Source of the DNA: Hyalangium minutum
GTDB taxonomy: Bacteria > Myxococcota > Myxococcia > Myxococcales > Myxococcaceae
Length of the DNA stretch: 248,000 nucleotides
Direction: 5' to 3'
Assembly: GCF_000737315.1 (NCBI RefSeq)
Contig: NZ_JMCB01000003.1
Span: 20,001-268,000, forward strand
Position 1 is the stretch's first letter, and each line of letters begins with the position of its first letter. The notes beneath the pieces are model-generated. The model was not told the origin of the DNA. It made no database searches and was given only the letters and a program-made list of their open reading frames with translations. This document shows, piece by piece, positions 86,685-97,035 of this stretch. The translations under genes were made by a program, and so were the position numbers.

Positions 86685-88517
86685 TCAGGCGATCCGATCC
86701 ACCCTCACATCCACCTCCAGCGTCTCCGGTCCGCCTCCCACGAAGATGGTCCCCGAGGTGGGCGTGGCATCTCCGTAGCCGCGCCCCACTGCGACGCGGA
86801 CGTGCGAGGTCTGCGTCAGGATGCCGTTGGTCGGATCAAAGCCCCGCCAGCCCACCTCGGGCAGGTAGAGCTGCAGCCACGCGTGGGAGGCCTCCGCCTG
86901 CCGTTGGTTCGGATTCTGGGGACCACAGTAGATGTAGCCGCACGTGTAGCGCGCCGGCACGCCCAGCAGCCGCGCCATGCAGATGAACAGGTTGGTGAAG
87001 TCCTGGCAGACGCCGCGCCGGTTCACGTACACGTCGAACGGCGTCGTGTAGATCGTCGTCGAGCCCTGCCGGTACTCGTACTCGCGGAAGATGGACGCGT
87101 TGATGTCGAGCAGCGTGTCCAGCAAGTCGTAGTCGTTCCGCTTCACGAAGCTCATCGCGTACTCGGTGAGCTCCACCAGCTGCGTCTCGGGCAGCTCCTG
87201 GGGCAGCAGGTACGGCTGTAGCACCTGCTGCTGCCAGGGCATCCACACGAGCGGAATGGTGCTGCGCTCCTTGGGCGCCCGGAACTGGAGCGGATCCGTG
87301 TCGTAGAGCTCCACCGTGGAGCGCGCCTCGATGGCCAGCTCCGTGTAGGGCCTCTCGAGGTGCACCCGCGTGGCCCGGTTGCCGAACACGTCCTCGTAGT
87401 CCCGGCGCTTCCCGTCCACGGACAGGTGGAGCTGATGCCCAATCACCGCCTGCAGCTCGTCGTGCATCGGCCGCAGCCGGAACAGGTGGGTGCTTCGCTC
87501 GATGGGGTTCTGGTAGCGGTAGACGGTGCGGTGCACCACGGAGAAGCGCTGCACCTCCGCCTTCGAGGGCAGCCGCAAGTCCCGTTGCCTGGCGGTGAAG
87601 AAGGGCTGCGAAGGCGCCTCCCCGGGAGCCACGGGCGCCGGAGCCGCGGACTGCGTGTCGGGCACCTGCTGCGGAATGGGCTGGACCTGCGCGGGTACCT
87701 GTACCTGGAGCTGGGGCTCGGGCGGCTTCACCTCCGCGGTGACCGTGCCCTGGCGGATGCGCAGGAGCGTCCCCGGCGCGAGCCGCTTCCAGTCCACCTG
87801 GGCGTTCTGCTCGGGCTGGAGCGGGTTGGAGCAGACGAGGACGCCCTTGCGGCTCTTGAGGCCGCGCTTGGTGAGATCCACCAGGATGTCGCCATCACCG
87901 AAGACGAGGCTGTCGTGCGGCGGCTGCAGCGTCCAGATGTACAGCTCGTGCGCTGGATCGCGATCCGCATAGACGCACATGTCGTGTCCATCCGTGAGGA
88001 TGGTGGTGAGCGAGCCGTGCTCGTTGGTCTCGGCGAAGAAGGACCGCAGGGCCTCCAGATCGACGTCCCCCAGGCTGCGCCACCCCTTGTCGGAGATCAT
88101 CGACATGAGCTGGCAGAAGATGAGCTCGGAGTCCGTCGAGCCGATGGGCTCGAAGCGCTGCGGGGTGTTGGCCTCGATGCGGTGGGCCAGGCTGCCCGAG
88201 TGCGCCATCAGCCAGTCGCGCCCGCCCCAGGAGCGCCGGAACGGCTGGGTGTTGCCCGGAGAGATCTGCCCCCAGATCGCCGTGCGGATGTGGAGCACGA
88301 ACAGCGAGGAGGCCAGGTGCTCCCAGGCCTTCACCAGCTCGCTGCGGATAGAGCCAGGCGGGGGCGCTGCTTCCTTGAGCACCTCTGCCGCGAGATCGCC
88401 ACCCGGGTAGTAGCCGATGCCCCATCCATCGGGCGGTTGGCGCTGGGGACTCAGACAACGAAGATCGAAGGAGGGGGCGAGTTCCCCCTCGAAGCTCATG
88501 GCGAGAACGTTGGGCAT
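86685..88517 (-). CDS. Class II glutamine amidotransferase-like + transglutaminase fusion
   Basis: DGWGIG, NTQPF, HSG, TDSE; TGase GVCQDF, HAW, DPTN; no N-terminal Cys. Confidence 0.85.
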   Translation of the reverse strand: MPNVLAMSFEGELAPSFDLRCLSPQRQPPDGWGIGYYPGGDLAAEVLKEAAPPPGSIRSELVKAWEHLASSLFVLHIRTAIWGQISPGNTQPFRRSWGGRDWLMAHSGSLAHRIEANTPQRFEPIGSTDSELIFCQLMSMISDKGWRSLGDVDLEALRSFFAETNEHGSLTTILTDGHDMCVYADRDPAHELYIWTLQPPHDSLVFGDGDILVDLTKRGLKSRKGVLVCSNPLQPEQNAQVDWKRLAPGTLLRIRQGTVTAEVKPPEPQLQVQVPAQVQPIPQQVPDTQSAAPAPVAPGEAPSQPFFTARQRDLRLPSKAEVQRFSVVHRTVYRYQNPIERSTHLFRLRPMHDELQAVIGHQLHLSVDGKRRDYEDVFGNRATRVHLERPYTELAIEARSTVELYDTDPLQFRAPKERSTIPLVWMPWQQQVLQPYLLPQELPETQLVELTEYAMSFVKRNDYDLLDTLLDINASIFREYEYRQGSTTIYTTPFDVYVNRRGVCQDFTNLFICMARLLGVPARYTCGYIYCGPQNPNQRQAEASHAWLQLYLPEVGWRGFDPTNGILTQTSHVRVAVGRGYGDATPTSGTIFVGGGPETLEVDVRVDRIA

Positions 88518-88621
88518 CCGGTCGAGCGGAAGGTAGTGAGCCGTTTTGTACAGAGAAGCAGCCGGTCACACGGCCCGTGCGGCCGCGTCACCTGGAGAAC
88601 AGCTATCGCAAGAGCCCCGGC

Positions 88622-91600
88622 TCAGCCCGGGGTCTCCTCCTCGGCTGGAGGCTTGGGAGGCCGGTAGTCGAGCGGCAGGCGGCGCAGGTCGAGGGTGGTG
88701 GGGTTCTCCGCGCTGGGCTGGGCCGGACGGGCCTTCACCGGCCAGGGCAGGGGAGCCTCGGAGGTGAAGCGCTGCGCGCGGCGGGCGGAGGCCTCGAAGC
88801 GGGTGAGCGGCGGGGTGGAGAAGGCACGGCCCTCGGGGTGCCACACGTGGTAGGCGCAGGCGCCCAGCGAGCGCTGCCCCCACGTGTCGAGCAGATCCAG
88901 CCGGATGGGGTGGTGGATGCCCAGGTGTGCGTGCAGGCTGTGCGGCGGAGCCCACGCGCGGAACCGCACCCCGGCCACCCACTCGTTGGCCTTCGCCGTG
89001 GGCGTGAGCGGCAGCGTGTGCCCGTTGACGAGCAGCAGGTGCCGCTCCGGGATGAGTCCGGAGACGCGCACCTCGATGCGCTCCATGGACGAGTCCACGT
89101 AGCGGGAGGTTCCGCCCCCGCTCAGCTCCTCGCCCAGCACCGGCCAGGGCTCGAGCGCATTGCGCACCTCGATCGTGACATCCCCCAGCTGCATGCGCCC
89201 GGCGAGCGGGCAGCGCAGCTCCAGGAAGGGGGTGTACGCCTCCTGCGGCAGGGGAACGCCCTTGGCCGCGAGGTGGGCGAGCACGTCCTCCAGGTCCCGT
89301 CCCAAGTAGTAGGGCAGCAGGTACTTGTCGTGGAGCGACGTGCCGAAGCGGACCAGCTTCTTCTGGTAGGGCTCCTGGGCGAACGCGGCGAAGAGCGCGC
89401 GCACCAGGATGGCCTGCGCGGACACCATGCGCGCGTGCGGCGGCATCTCGAAGGCGCGCAACTCCACCAGTCCCTGCCGCCCGGTGGCCGTCTGGGGGTC
89501 AAACAGCTTGTCCAGACTCAGCTCCGCCCGGTGGGTGTTGCCCGCCACGTCCACCAGCAGGTTCCGGAAGAGCATGTCCGACAGCCAGGGCGGCGGCGCG
89601 GTGCCAGCGTTGAAGGCCTTGTCGAGCGCGATCTCCAGCTCGTAGAGCGCCTCGTGCCGCGCCTCGTCCACGCGCGGTGCCTGCGAGGTTGGCCCCACGA
89701 ACAGGCCGGTGAAGAGGTACGACAGCGACGGGTGGTGCTGCACGAAGGTGATGAGCGAGGCCAGCAGCTCGGGCCGGGTGAGGAGCGGGCTGGACAGGGC
89801 CGTCGGGCCACCGACCGTGATGTGGTTGCCGCCGCCGCTGCCGGCCATGCGGCCGTCCATCAGGTACTTCTCGCTGTGGAGACCCGCGTGGAGGGCCGCG
89901 TCGAACACCTGGCCCACGAGCTCCGTGTACTCGCGGTTGCTCGACACGGGCGGCAGGTTGACCTCGAGCACGCCCGGGTCCGGCGTCACCGCGAAGCGGT
90001 AGAGCAGCGGCGAGGACGGGGGAGGGTAGCCCTCCAACTGAATGGCGATGCCGGTGTGCTCGCGCGCCTGATCGATGATGGACACGAGATCGAAGAAGTC
90101 CTCGGCCCGGGCCAGCGGCGGCAGGAACACGTGCACCGTTCCACCGCGCGCCTCAAAGGCCAGCGCGGTCCGCACTCGGGGCAGGCGGCTGGCTCGCTCC
90201 TTCGCGATGACCTTGTGCTGCTTGGCCTCCTCGGGGGACGGCTCGCGGCGCGGATCGATGGGCTCATAGGGCTCCTCCCAGAGGTCGGAGAGCGGGTCTC
90301 CCTCCGAGAGCGAGCGCAGCGGCAGCCGCAGGCCGAGCGGGCTGTCACCCGGGAGCAGGAACAGGTGGCGCCGCCGGAACTGCCAGGGGTCGCTGACCCA
90401 GCGCCCGTCCGTGTCTCGCCCGAGGGGCAGCACGAAGCCCACCTCATTGCCGAGCCCCTGGCCCAGAACCTTGGCCAAGCGCCGCCGCTCCTCCGAGTCG
90501 TTGAGGTTGGCCTTGAGCGGATCGACGTCCACCGGCAGGTTCTCCTCGTCCTGCAGGAAGCGCCACGGATCCTCGAAGGCGGGGAGCAGGTGCTGAGCCA
90601 GGCCGAGGCGCGACGCCACCGCCTGCGCGACCTCGCGCGCCTGTGCCGTGCCTGCGTTGTCTCCCGAAGCCAGCGCCTCGCCCGTCCAGAGAGGCTCCCG
90701 GTCGCGCCGTCCGCAGATGTCGAGCGCCCAGCGAGGCAGGCTCTCTCCTGGATAGTGCTTTCCGGCGCGCAGCAGCAGGGCCGCTCCAGGGGAGAGCCGC
90801 CGCCGGAGCTCCTCGGCGAGCTTCACCCCGAGCTTCCACTTGGTCTCGCCCAGCGCGTCGCCGTTCCACTCCGGCAGCTCGGTGTGCTCGCGGGCGTTGA
90901 AGGTGGGCTCGCCGCCGATGGTGAGCTTCACCCCGCGCTCCCTCAGCACCGCGTCCGCGCGATCTCCACCCTCGCAGAGGGCCTGCCACACCTCGTCCGT
91001 GTAGGGCGCCGTCGGCCGAGGCTCGTGCCCGAGCCGGCCCACCGTCATCGAGAACCGCACCTCCTCCGCCTGGGTGTCACTGGTGCCCTCGATGGGGGCT
91101 GCCAGCGCCGGTGAGGCCGTCGAGGCGAGCGGGATATGGCCCTCGCCCGTCAGGAGTCCGCTGGTGGCGTCGAGCCCGATCCAACCCGCCCCGGGCAGGA
91201 AGACCTCCGCCCAGGCGTGCAGATCCACCACGTCGCGTCCCACGCCGCGCGGCGCGTTGGGGATCATCCCTTCGTCGGTGAGCTGCACCAAGTAGCCGCT
91301 CACGAAGCGCGCCGCGAGCCCGCGCGAGCGCAGCACCGCGATGAGCAGCATCGCCGAGTCCCGGCAGCTGCCCTTGCCCGCCGCGAGCGTCTCCTCGGGT
91401 GTGTGGATGCCCGCCTCCTCGCGGATGATGTACTGGATGCGCTGGTTCACCTTCTCGTTGAGCTGAATGATGAGCGGGACCGTTGGGCCGGAGCGCGGCA
91501 GCTCGTCGAGGAAGGCCTTGAGGCGCTCGCCGCCTCGCACCGCTGGCTCGTTCACGTCGAGGAAGGGGAGGAGGTCCTGCTTCAGCTCCGGCGGGTAGGC

Positions 91601-91912
91601 GAAGGGGACGACCTCGCAGCGGTCGTCGAGGAGGAAGTCGAACGGGTTCACCGGCCGCACGTCGACGGCCAACTCCACCGTTACCTCGAGGTGCGGGACG
91701 CGCACGCCTTCGGGGAAGGTGACGCGGGCGACGCGGTTGCCATACGGATCCTGCTGCCAGCGTACCTGCGCGGTGGAGGGCTCGACGGTGAGGCCGTAGC
91801 TCTCGATGGCGGCACGGGCGTGAAGCGCCGGGCGCAGGCGGATGAGGTGCGGGCCGAGGGCCGCAGGCTTCGGGTAGCGGTACAGGTTGCGATGCTGAAT
91901 GAGCAGCCGCAC
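88622..91912 (-). CDS. Transglutaminase + DUF2126 (putative amidoligase) protein
   Basis: GSCRDSA, LHAWAEV, DATSG; TPDPGVLEVN, GGGNH, GRQGLVELRAFEMPP; GGAGG before GTG at 91912. Confidence 0.88.
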   Translation of the reverse strand: MRLLIQHRNLYRYPKPAALGPHLIRLRPALHARAAIESYGLTVEPSTAQVRWQQDPYGNRVARVTFPEGVRVPHLEVTVELAVDVRPVNPFDFLLDDRCEVVPFAYPPELKQDLLPFLDVNEPAVRGGERLKAFLDELPRSGPTVPLIIQLNEKVNQRIQYIIREEAGIHTPEETLAAGKGSCRDSAMLLIAVLRSRGLAARFVSGYLVQLTDEGMIPNAPRGVGRDVVDLHAWAEVFLPGAGWIGLDATSGLLTGEGHIPLASTASPALAAPIEGTSDTQAEEVRFSMTVGRLGHEPRPTAPYTDEVWQALCEGGDRADAVLRERGVKLTIGGEPTFNAREHTELPEWNGDALGETKWKLGVKLAEELRRRLSPGAALLLRAGKHYPGESLPRWALDICGRRDREPLWTGEALASGDNAGTAQAREVAQAVASRLGLAQHLLPAFEDPWRFLQDEENLPVDVDPLKANLNDSEERRRLAKVLGQGLGNEVGFVLPLGRDTDGRWVSDPWQFRRRHLFLLPGDSPLGLRLPLRSLSEGDPLSDLWEEPYEPIDPRREPSPEEAKQHKVIAKERASRLPRVRTALAFEARGGTVHVFLPPLARAEDFFDLVSIIDQAREHTGIAIQLEGYPPPSSPLLYRFAVTPDPGVLEVNLPPVSSNREYTELVGQVFDAALHAGLHSEKYLMDGRMAGSGGGNHITVGGPTALSSPLLTRPELLASLITFVQHHPSLSYLFTGLFVGPTSQAPRVDEARHEALYELEIALDKAFNAGTAPPPWLSDMLFRNLLVDVAGNTHRAELSLDKLFDPQTATGRQGLVELRAFEMPPHARMVSAQAILVRALFAAFAQEPYQKKLVRFGTSLHDKYLLPYYLGRDLEDVLAHLAAKGVPLPQEAYTPFLELRCPLAGRMQLGDVTIEVRNALEPWPVLGEELSGGGTSRYVDSSMERIEVRVSGLIPERHLLLVNGHTLPLTPTAKANEWVAGVRFRAWAPPHSLHAHLGIHHPIRLDLLDTWGQRSLGACAYHVWHPEGRAFSTPPLTRFEASARRAQRFTSEAPLPWPVKARPAQPSAENPTTLDLRRLPLDYRPPKPPAEEETPG

Positions 91913-91989
91913 GAGGTCCTCCCAAGTGACCTCGCCACGATACCCAAAGCCTGCTGGGGCCGTACGGAGAAGTCGGCCGTCATTCACCG

Positions 91990-92559
91990 TCAGCGTGCGC
92001 GGGAGCGCGAGGGCGGAGCTGGCGGCGGGCTCGAGTCCGCCGTGCTCGTGCTCTTTCCGGAGGCGGCCGGCGCTGCGGAAGCGGGAGTGGAGAGCTGGTT
92101 GGCGGCGCCTCGGGTCACCACGGCCTGCGCGACGATGTTCAGGTGCTGCTGCGCGGCCACGGTGTTCAAGAGCGCGAGGCTGACCGCGTGCGCGGAGGCG
92201 TGGTACACGTGAGAGAGGGCAAGCTCGGGCGCATTCTCCAGCAGCGCCTGCGCGGTCTTCTCGGCCTGGGCCAGCAGGGCCTCGGGCGAGGGCGCGGCCG
92301 GAGAGGCTGTCTCAGCGGAGGCGGCTGTCGGCGCCGCAGGGGTCGTCGCGGGAGCCGAGGCTGCGGCCTCGGCTGCGGGCGGGCGGAAGGCGTTGGGAAT
92401 TCCGGCGAGGGGTGGCGCGGGCACGCTTCCCTTGGAGGCCAACGCGAGGATGCTCTGCTGCTGCTGCTCGAGTACGTGGGTCAAGGCTGTGAGGGCGTGG
92501 GCGCTGGTGTCCACGATCAGGGTCAAGTCCCGGGCAAAGTCTTGGGCCGTCTTCGTCAT
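91990..92559 (-). CDS. RebB-like protein with Ala/Pro linker
   Basis: SHVYHASAHAVSLALLNTVAAQQHLNIVAQA resembles the RebB core; GGAGG RBS. Confidence 0.65.
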   Translation of the reverse strand: MTKTAQDFARDLTLIVDTSAHALTALTHVLEQQQQSILALASKGSVPAPPLAGIPNAFRPPAAEAAASAPATTPAAPTAASAETASPAAPSPEALLAQAEKTAQALLENAPELALSHVYHASAHAVSLALLNTVAAQQHLNIVAQAVVTRGAANQLSTPASAAPAASGKSTSTADSSPPPAPPSRSRAR

Positions 92560-92572
92560 GGTGTGCCTCCTC

Positions 92573-92839
92573 TCACTCGTAGATTTTAACCGTGCCCACT
92601 GCATCCGAGGCCGTATCGATGCTGTAGAGCGTCGCGACGCCCTGGGTAGTGGCGGCCTGTGCGGTCACGTTCGTTTGCTGCTGGTTCTGGGTGGCGTTGT
92701 GGGCCGCGTTGGAGAGCGCCTGCGAGGTCGCCACGAAGAGATTGCCCATCGCGATGGCAGGGGCATCTCCGAGCACTTTCACGTTCGCCTGCGTCACTGC
92801 ATCGGTGATCTGCTCATTGACAGCGGTGGGGTACGCCAT
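92573..92839 (-). CDS. rebB: R-body protein RebB family
   Basis: PTAVNEQITDAVTQANVKVLGDAPAIAMGNLF..HNAT..QQQ..AATTQGV. Confidence 0.9.
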   Translation of the reverse strand: MAYPTAVNEQITDAVTQANVKVLGDAPAIAMGNLFVATSQALSNAAHNATQNQQQTNVTAQAATTQGVATLYSIDTASDAVGTVKIYE

Positions 92840-92896
92840 GGCTCTGCCTTTCTGAAGGAGGTGACGGGGGCTGAAGCACCCCGCAGTTTGCCACTG

Positions 92897-93808
92897 TTAC
92901 AGGGAGGAAGTGAGCGACAGCAGCTCTGTGCGCAGCCACTGGTTGCGCGGCTCTGAATCCGATTGCCGGTGCCAATAGAGGTGCAGCTCCAGCGGCGGGA
93001 GCGACAGCGGCATTGGCAGGAGGTGGTTGCCCAGCAGGGCGTGCAGCTCCTCCGCGCGGCGCCGCGGCATGGTGAGGAGGAACTTGGAGCCAGCGACCAT
93101 CTGGAACGCCGCCTCGTAGTGCTGGCATCGCACGGTGACGTCGCGCTGGTAGCCCAGGCGGGAGAGGACCAAATCCTCCACGGCCAGCCCCGTGCGCCGA
93201 GAGGACACGGTGACATGCCGCGAAGCCATGTACGCCGCCACGTCCAGCCTGCGCCGGCGTCGGCTCACCACGCAGAAGGTGTCCCGCAGCAGGGTGGTGT
93301 GCCGCAGGTCGGCGCCCGTCTGCTGCTCCACGTCGATGGACAGGTCCACCCGCCCCGAGGCCAGATCCCGCTCCAGCCGAGGCCTATCCAGCCGGACGCT
93401 CGTCACCCTCGCTCCAGGAGCGCTCTGGCGCAGGCGCGCCACCAGGTGCGGGAGGATGGAGGGCTCGAGCACGTCGTTCATGGCTACGGTGAAGGTGCCC
93501 AGGTCGCGGGGAGGATCGAAGCTCCGCGTGCGGTGGATCGCCCGGTCGAACAGCGCGAGGGCCTCGCGAAGCTCCGGCGCCAGCCGCTCCGCGAACGGCG
93601 TGGGTGCCACGCCTCGGCCCTCCCGGACGAAGAGCGGCTCTCCCAGCTGATCCCGAAGCCGGGCGAGTGCATGGCTCACCGCCGATTGGCTGAGGAAGAG
93701 CACCTCCGCGGCCCGCGTGAGGTTCCGCTCCCGGAGGACCACGTCAAAGACGCGGAAGAGGTTGAGGTCCAGCCTCGCCAGCCGGGAAGAGTCATGAACA
93801 GACTTCAT
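92897..93808 (-). CDS. LysR family regulator
   Basis: LDLNLFRVF..TRAAEVLFLSQSAVSHALARLR. Confidence 0.92.
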   Translation of the reverse strand: MKSVHDSSRLARLDLNLFRVFDVVLRERNLTRAAEVLFLSQSAVSHALARLRDQLGEPLFVREGRGVAPTPFAERLAPELREALALFDRAIHRTRSFDPPRDLGTFTVAMNDVLEPSILPHLVARLRQSAPGARVTSVRLDRPRLERDLASGRVDLSIDVEQQTGADLRHTTLLRDTFCVVSRRRRRLDVAAYMASRHVTVSSRRTGLAVEDLVLSRLGYQRDVTVRCQHYEAAFQMVAGSKFLLTMPRRRAEELHALLGNHLLPMPLSLPPLELHLYWHRQSDSEPRNQWLRTELLSLTSSL

Positions 93809-93886
93809 GGGAACACATGACCAACCTTCACTGGATTCATCAAGGCCGAACGCGGAGGATGCAGGCCTTCCAGAAGGAGACTTGCG

Positions 93887-95122
93887 ATGGACTTCGAGCC
93901 GAGCGCCCGAACCAAGGACTACCTGGAGCGCCTCCGGCGCTTCATGCGCGAGCACATCGAGCCGGCCGAGGCCCGCTACCGGGATGAGGTCCACGCCACC
94001 TGCCAGGCGGGTGACTGGAAGACGTGGAAGGTTCCGGCGGTGATGGACGAGCTGAAGGCTCGCGCGAAGGCCGAGGGCCTGTGGAACCTGTTCCTGCCCG
94101 ATGAGAAGCTGGGCGCGGGCCTGAGCACCCTGGAGTACGCGCCGCTGGCCGAGGAGACGGGGCGCAGCTTCATCGCCCCCGAGGTCTTCAACTGCAGCGC
94201 TCCGGACACCGGCAACATGGAGGTGCTCTGGAAGTACGGCTCCGAGGAGCAGAAGGAGCGCTGGCTCAAGCCGTTGCTGGCCGGGGAGATCCGCTCGGTG
94301 TTCTGCATGACGGAGCCGGACGTGGCGTCCTCGGATGCCACGAACATGCAGGCCACGGCCGTCGTGGAGGGCAACGAGATCGTCCTCAATGGCAGCAAGT
94401 GGTGGTCGAGCGGCCTGGGCCACCCGAGGGCGAAGGTCATCATCTTCATGGCGCGCACGCCCAACGAGCAGGGCGGCCGCCACAATCAGCACTCCATGGT
94501 GCTGGTCCCCATGGACACCCCGGGCGTGACGATCCGCCGCATGCTGCCCGTCTACGGCGAGTACGACGCGCCCCATGGACACGGAGAGGTGCACTTCAAG
94601 GACGTGCGCGTGCCCGTTTCCCACTTCATCGCCGGACCGGGGCAGGGTTTCGAGATTGCCCAAGGCCGTCTGGGACCCGGCCGCATCCACCACTGCATGC
94701 GCTGCATCGGCGCGGCGGAGCGGGCGCTGGAGCTGATGATCGATCGGGGCATGGCGCGCACTGCTTTCGGCAAGCCGCTGCTCAACCTGGGTGGCAACCG
94801 CGAGCGCGTCGCTGAGGCCCGGGTCGCCATCGATCAGGCGCGGCTGCTGACGTTCTTCGCGGCGTGGAAGATGGACGAGGTGGGTGCCCTGGGAGCCATG
94901 ACGGAGATCTCCGCCATCAAGGTCGTGGCGCCCAACGTGCTCCAGCAGGTGGTGGACGACGCCATCCAGATCCACGGGGGCGCGGGCGTGTCCCAGGACA
95001 CGGTGCTCGCGGGCTTCTTCGCCCAGGCGCGCATCCTGCGCATCGCGGACGGTCCGGACGAGGTCCACAAGGGCGTCATCGCGCGTCTCGAACTGGCCAA
95101 GCGCGGCCATTCCCGGAGCTGA
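93887..95122 (+). CDS. Acyl-CoA dehydrogenase
   Basis: [36 protein letters not shown]. Confidence 0.93.
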   Translation: MDFEPSARTKDYLERLRRFMREHIEPAEARYRDEVHATCQAGDWKTWKVPAVMDELKARAKAEGLWNLFLPDEKLGAGLSTLEYAPLAEETGRSFIAPEVFNCSAPDTGNMEVLWKYGSEEQKERWLKPLLAGEIRSVFCMTEPDVASSDATNMQATAVVEGNEIVLNGSKWWSSGLGHPRAKVIIFMARTPNEQGGRHNQHSMVLVPMDTPGVTIRRMLPVYGEYDAPHGHGEVHFKDVRVPVSHFIAGPGQGFEIAQGRLGPGRIHHCMRCIGAAERALELMIDRGMARTAFGKPLLNLGGNRERVAEARVAIDQARLLTFFAAWKMDEVGALGAMTEISAIKVVAPNVLQQVVDDAIQIHGGAGVSQDTVLAGFFAQARILRIADGPDEVHKGVIARLELAKRGHSRS

Positions 95123-95125
95123 GCC

Positions 95126-95941
95126 ATGGCCAACCAACGCATCTTCATCACCGGTGGTGCCAGCGGGCTCGGGAAGGCCATCGCCCAGCGCTTCGCCCGC
95201 GCGGGGTGGAAGGTCTGCATCGCGGACCTCAACGAAGCCCGGGGCGCGGAGGTGCTGTCCTCCTTGGGCCCGGACGCGCACTTCCTGCGCTGCGATGTGA
95301 CGCGCGACGAGGACCTGATCGCAGCAGCGGAGACGCTCCAGCAGCGCTGGGGCGGCGTGGACGTGGTGGTGAACAACGCCGGGGTGGCCCAGGCGGGCGC
95401 CATCGAGGACGTGTCGATCGATGACTGGCGCTGGATCATCGACATCAACCTGCTGGGCGTGGTGCGAGGCTGCAAGGTGTTCACGCCCCTGTTCAAGCGG
95501 CAGGGCCACGGGCACTTCGTCAACGTCTCCTCCATGGCGGGCCTGCTCGATGCGCCGATGATGAGCAGCTACAACGCCACGAAGGCCGCTGTCGTCTCCC
95601 TGTCGGAGACGCTGCACAACGAGCTGGCGGACGCGAACATCGGCGTCAGCGTCGTCTGCCCGGCCTTCTTCAAGACCAACCTGACCGAGTCGCTGCGCAC
95701 TCCGGATCCGCGGCTGAAGGTCACCATGGCGAAGCTGCTGGATCGCTCGCCCATCACCGCGGATGACGTCGCCAATGATGTCTTCCGCGCCGTGGAGCGG
95801 AGGCAGTTCTACGTCCTGTCTCACGCGCAGGGCCGCAGGGCGTGGCTGATGAAGCGCTTCCTCCCGAGAGAGATCTACGCCCGGTTGTTGCGCAAGAGCA
95901 CCGCCCGGATGCGCCCGCGCCCCGACCCCACACAGACTTGA
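95126..95941 (+). CDS. SDR oxidoreductase
   Basis: TGGASGLG, NNAG, YNATK. Confidence 0.92.
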   Translation: MANQRIFITGGASGLGKAIAQRFARAGWKVCIADLNEARGAEVLSSLGPDAHFLRCDVTRDEDLIAAAETLQQRWGGVDVVVNNAGVAQAGAIEDVSIDDWRWIIDINLLGVVRGCKVFTPLFKRQGHGHFVNVSSMAGLLDAPMMSSYNATKAAVVSLSETLHNELADANIGVSVVCPAFFKTNLTESLRTPDPRLKVTMAKLLDRSPITADDVANDVFRAVERRQFYVLSHAQGRRAWLMKRFLPREIYARLLRKSTARMRPRPDPTQT

Positions 95942-95958
95942 GGAGAGATCGCGACGCC

Positions 95959-97035
95959 ATGCCTTCCACCTCGCCCACTGACTCGGCCGGAGCCGTCCGC
96001 CCGGGAGAAGAACTGAACGTCCCCGCCGTGGATGCCTGGCTCAAGACCCAGGTGCCCACGCTGGAGGGCACGCCTGAAGTCACCCAGTACTCGGGAGGTG
96101 CCTCGAACTGGACCTACCGGCTCAAGTACGCCAACCGCGATCTCATCCTTCGCCGGCCCCCGGCGGGGACGAAGGCCAAGTCCGCGCACGACATGGCCCG
96201 CGAGTACTCGGTGCAGAAGGCCCTGAAGCCTGCCTATCCGGCCGTGCCCACCATGATCGGCCTGTGTCAGGACCCGGCGGTGCTGGGCTCGGACTTCTAC
96301 GTGATGGAGCGCATCGAGGGCCTCATCCCTCGCAAGCACCTGCCTCGGGGGCTCACCCTGGACCAGCCGCAGACGCGGCAGCTCTGTCTCAACGTCATCG
96401 ACAAGCTGGTGGAACTGCACTCCGTGGACGCGGCGGCCGTGGGGCTGTCGTCGCTGGGCAAGGGGCCCGGCTATCCGAAGCGGCAGATCGAGGGCTGGTC
96501 GGACCGCTACGAGAAGGCTCACACCTGGAATGTGCTCGGCTTCCAGTATGTGCGCGATTGGCTCAAGGCCAACACCCCCGACGATGTCGCCACCTGCGTC
96601 ATCCACAACGACTGGCGCTTCGACAACGTGGTGCTCGATCCAGGAGAGCCCATCCGAGTCATCGGCGTGCTCGACTGGGAGATGGCCACGCTGGGAGATC
96701 CGCTGATGGATCTGGGCAATGCGCTGGCCTACTGGGTCCACGCCGACGATAACTTCTTTTTGCGAGCCACGCGGCGCCAGCCCACGCACCTGCCTGGCAT
96801 GCTCCGGCGCGAGGAGGTGGTCGAGTACTACCTCGATCGCATGAAGCTGAAGCCGGCCAACTGGACCTTCTATGAGGTCTACGGCCTGTTCCGGCTCGCC
96901 GTCATCGCCCAGCAGATCTACTACCGCTACCACCACAAGCAGACGCGCAACCCCGCGTTCAAGAACTTCTGGGTGCTGGTCAACTACCTCGGGCTGCGCT
97001 GCAACCGGCTCATCCGGAAGAAGGGGGCACGCTGA
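95959..97035 (+). CDS. APH-family phosphotransferase
   Basis: GGASNWTY, LRRPP, HNDWRFDN, LDWEMA. Confidence 0.9.
   Translation: MPSTSPTDSAGAVRPGEELNVPAVDAWLKTQVPTLEGTPEVTQYSGGASNWTYRLKYANRDLILRRPPAGTKAKSAHDMAREYSVQKALKPAYPAVPTMIGLCQDPAVLGSDFYVMERIEGLIPRKHLPRGLTLDQPQTRQLCLNVIDKLVELHSVDAAAVGLSSLGKGPGYPKRQIEGWSDRYEKAHTWNVLGFQYVRDWLKANTPDDVATCVIHNDWRFDNVVLDPGEPIRVIGVLDWEMATLGDPLMDLGNALAYWVHADDNFFLRATRRQPTHLPGMLRREEVVEYYLDRMKLKPANWTFYEVYGLFRLAVIAQQIYYRYHHKQTRNPAFKNFWVLVNYLGLRCNRLIRKKGAR

Noticed and set aside
92897-95824. 975-aa minus-strand ORF
   Set aside because: Only 92897-93808 (LysR) is coding; the rest is a shadow of the acyl-CoA dehydrogenase and SDR genes.
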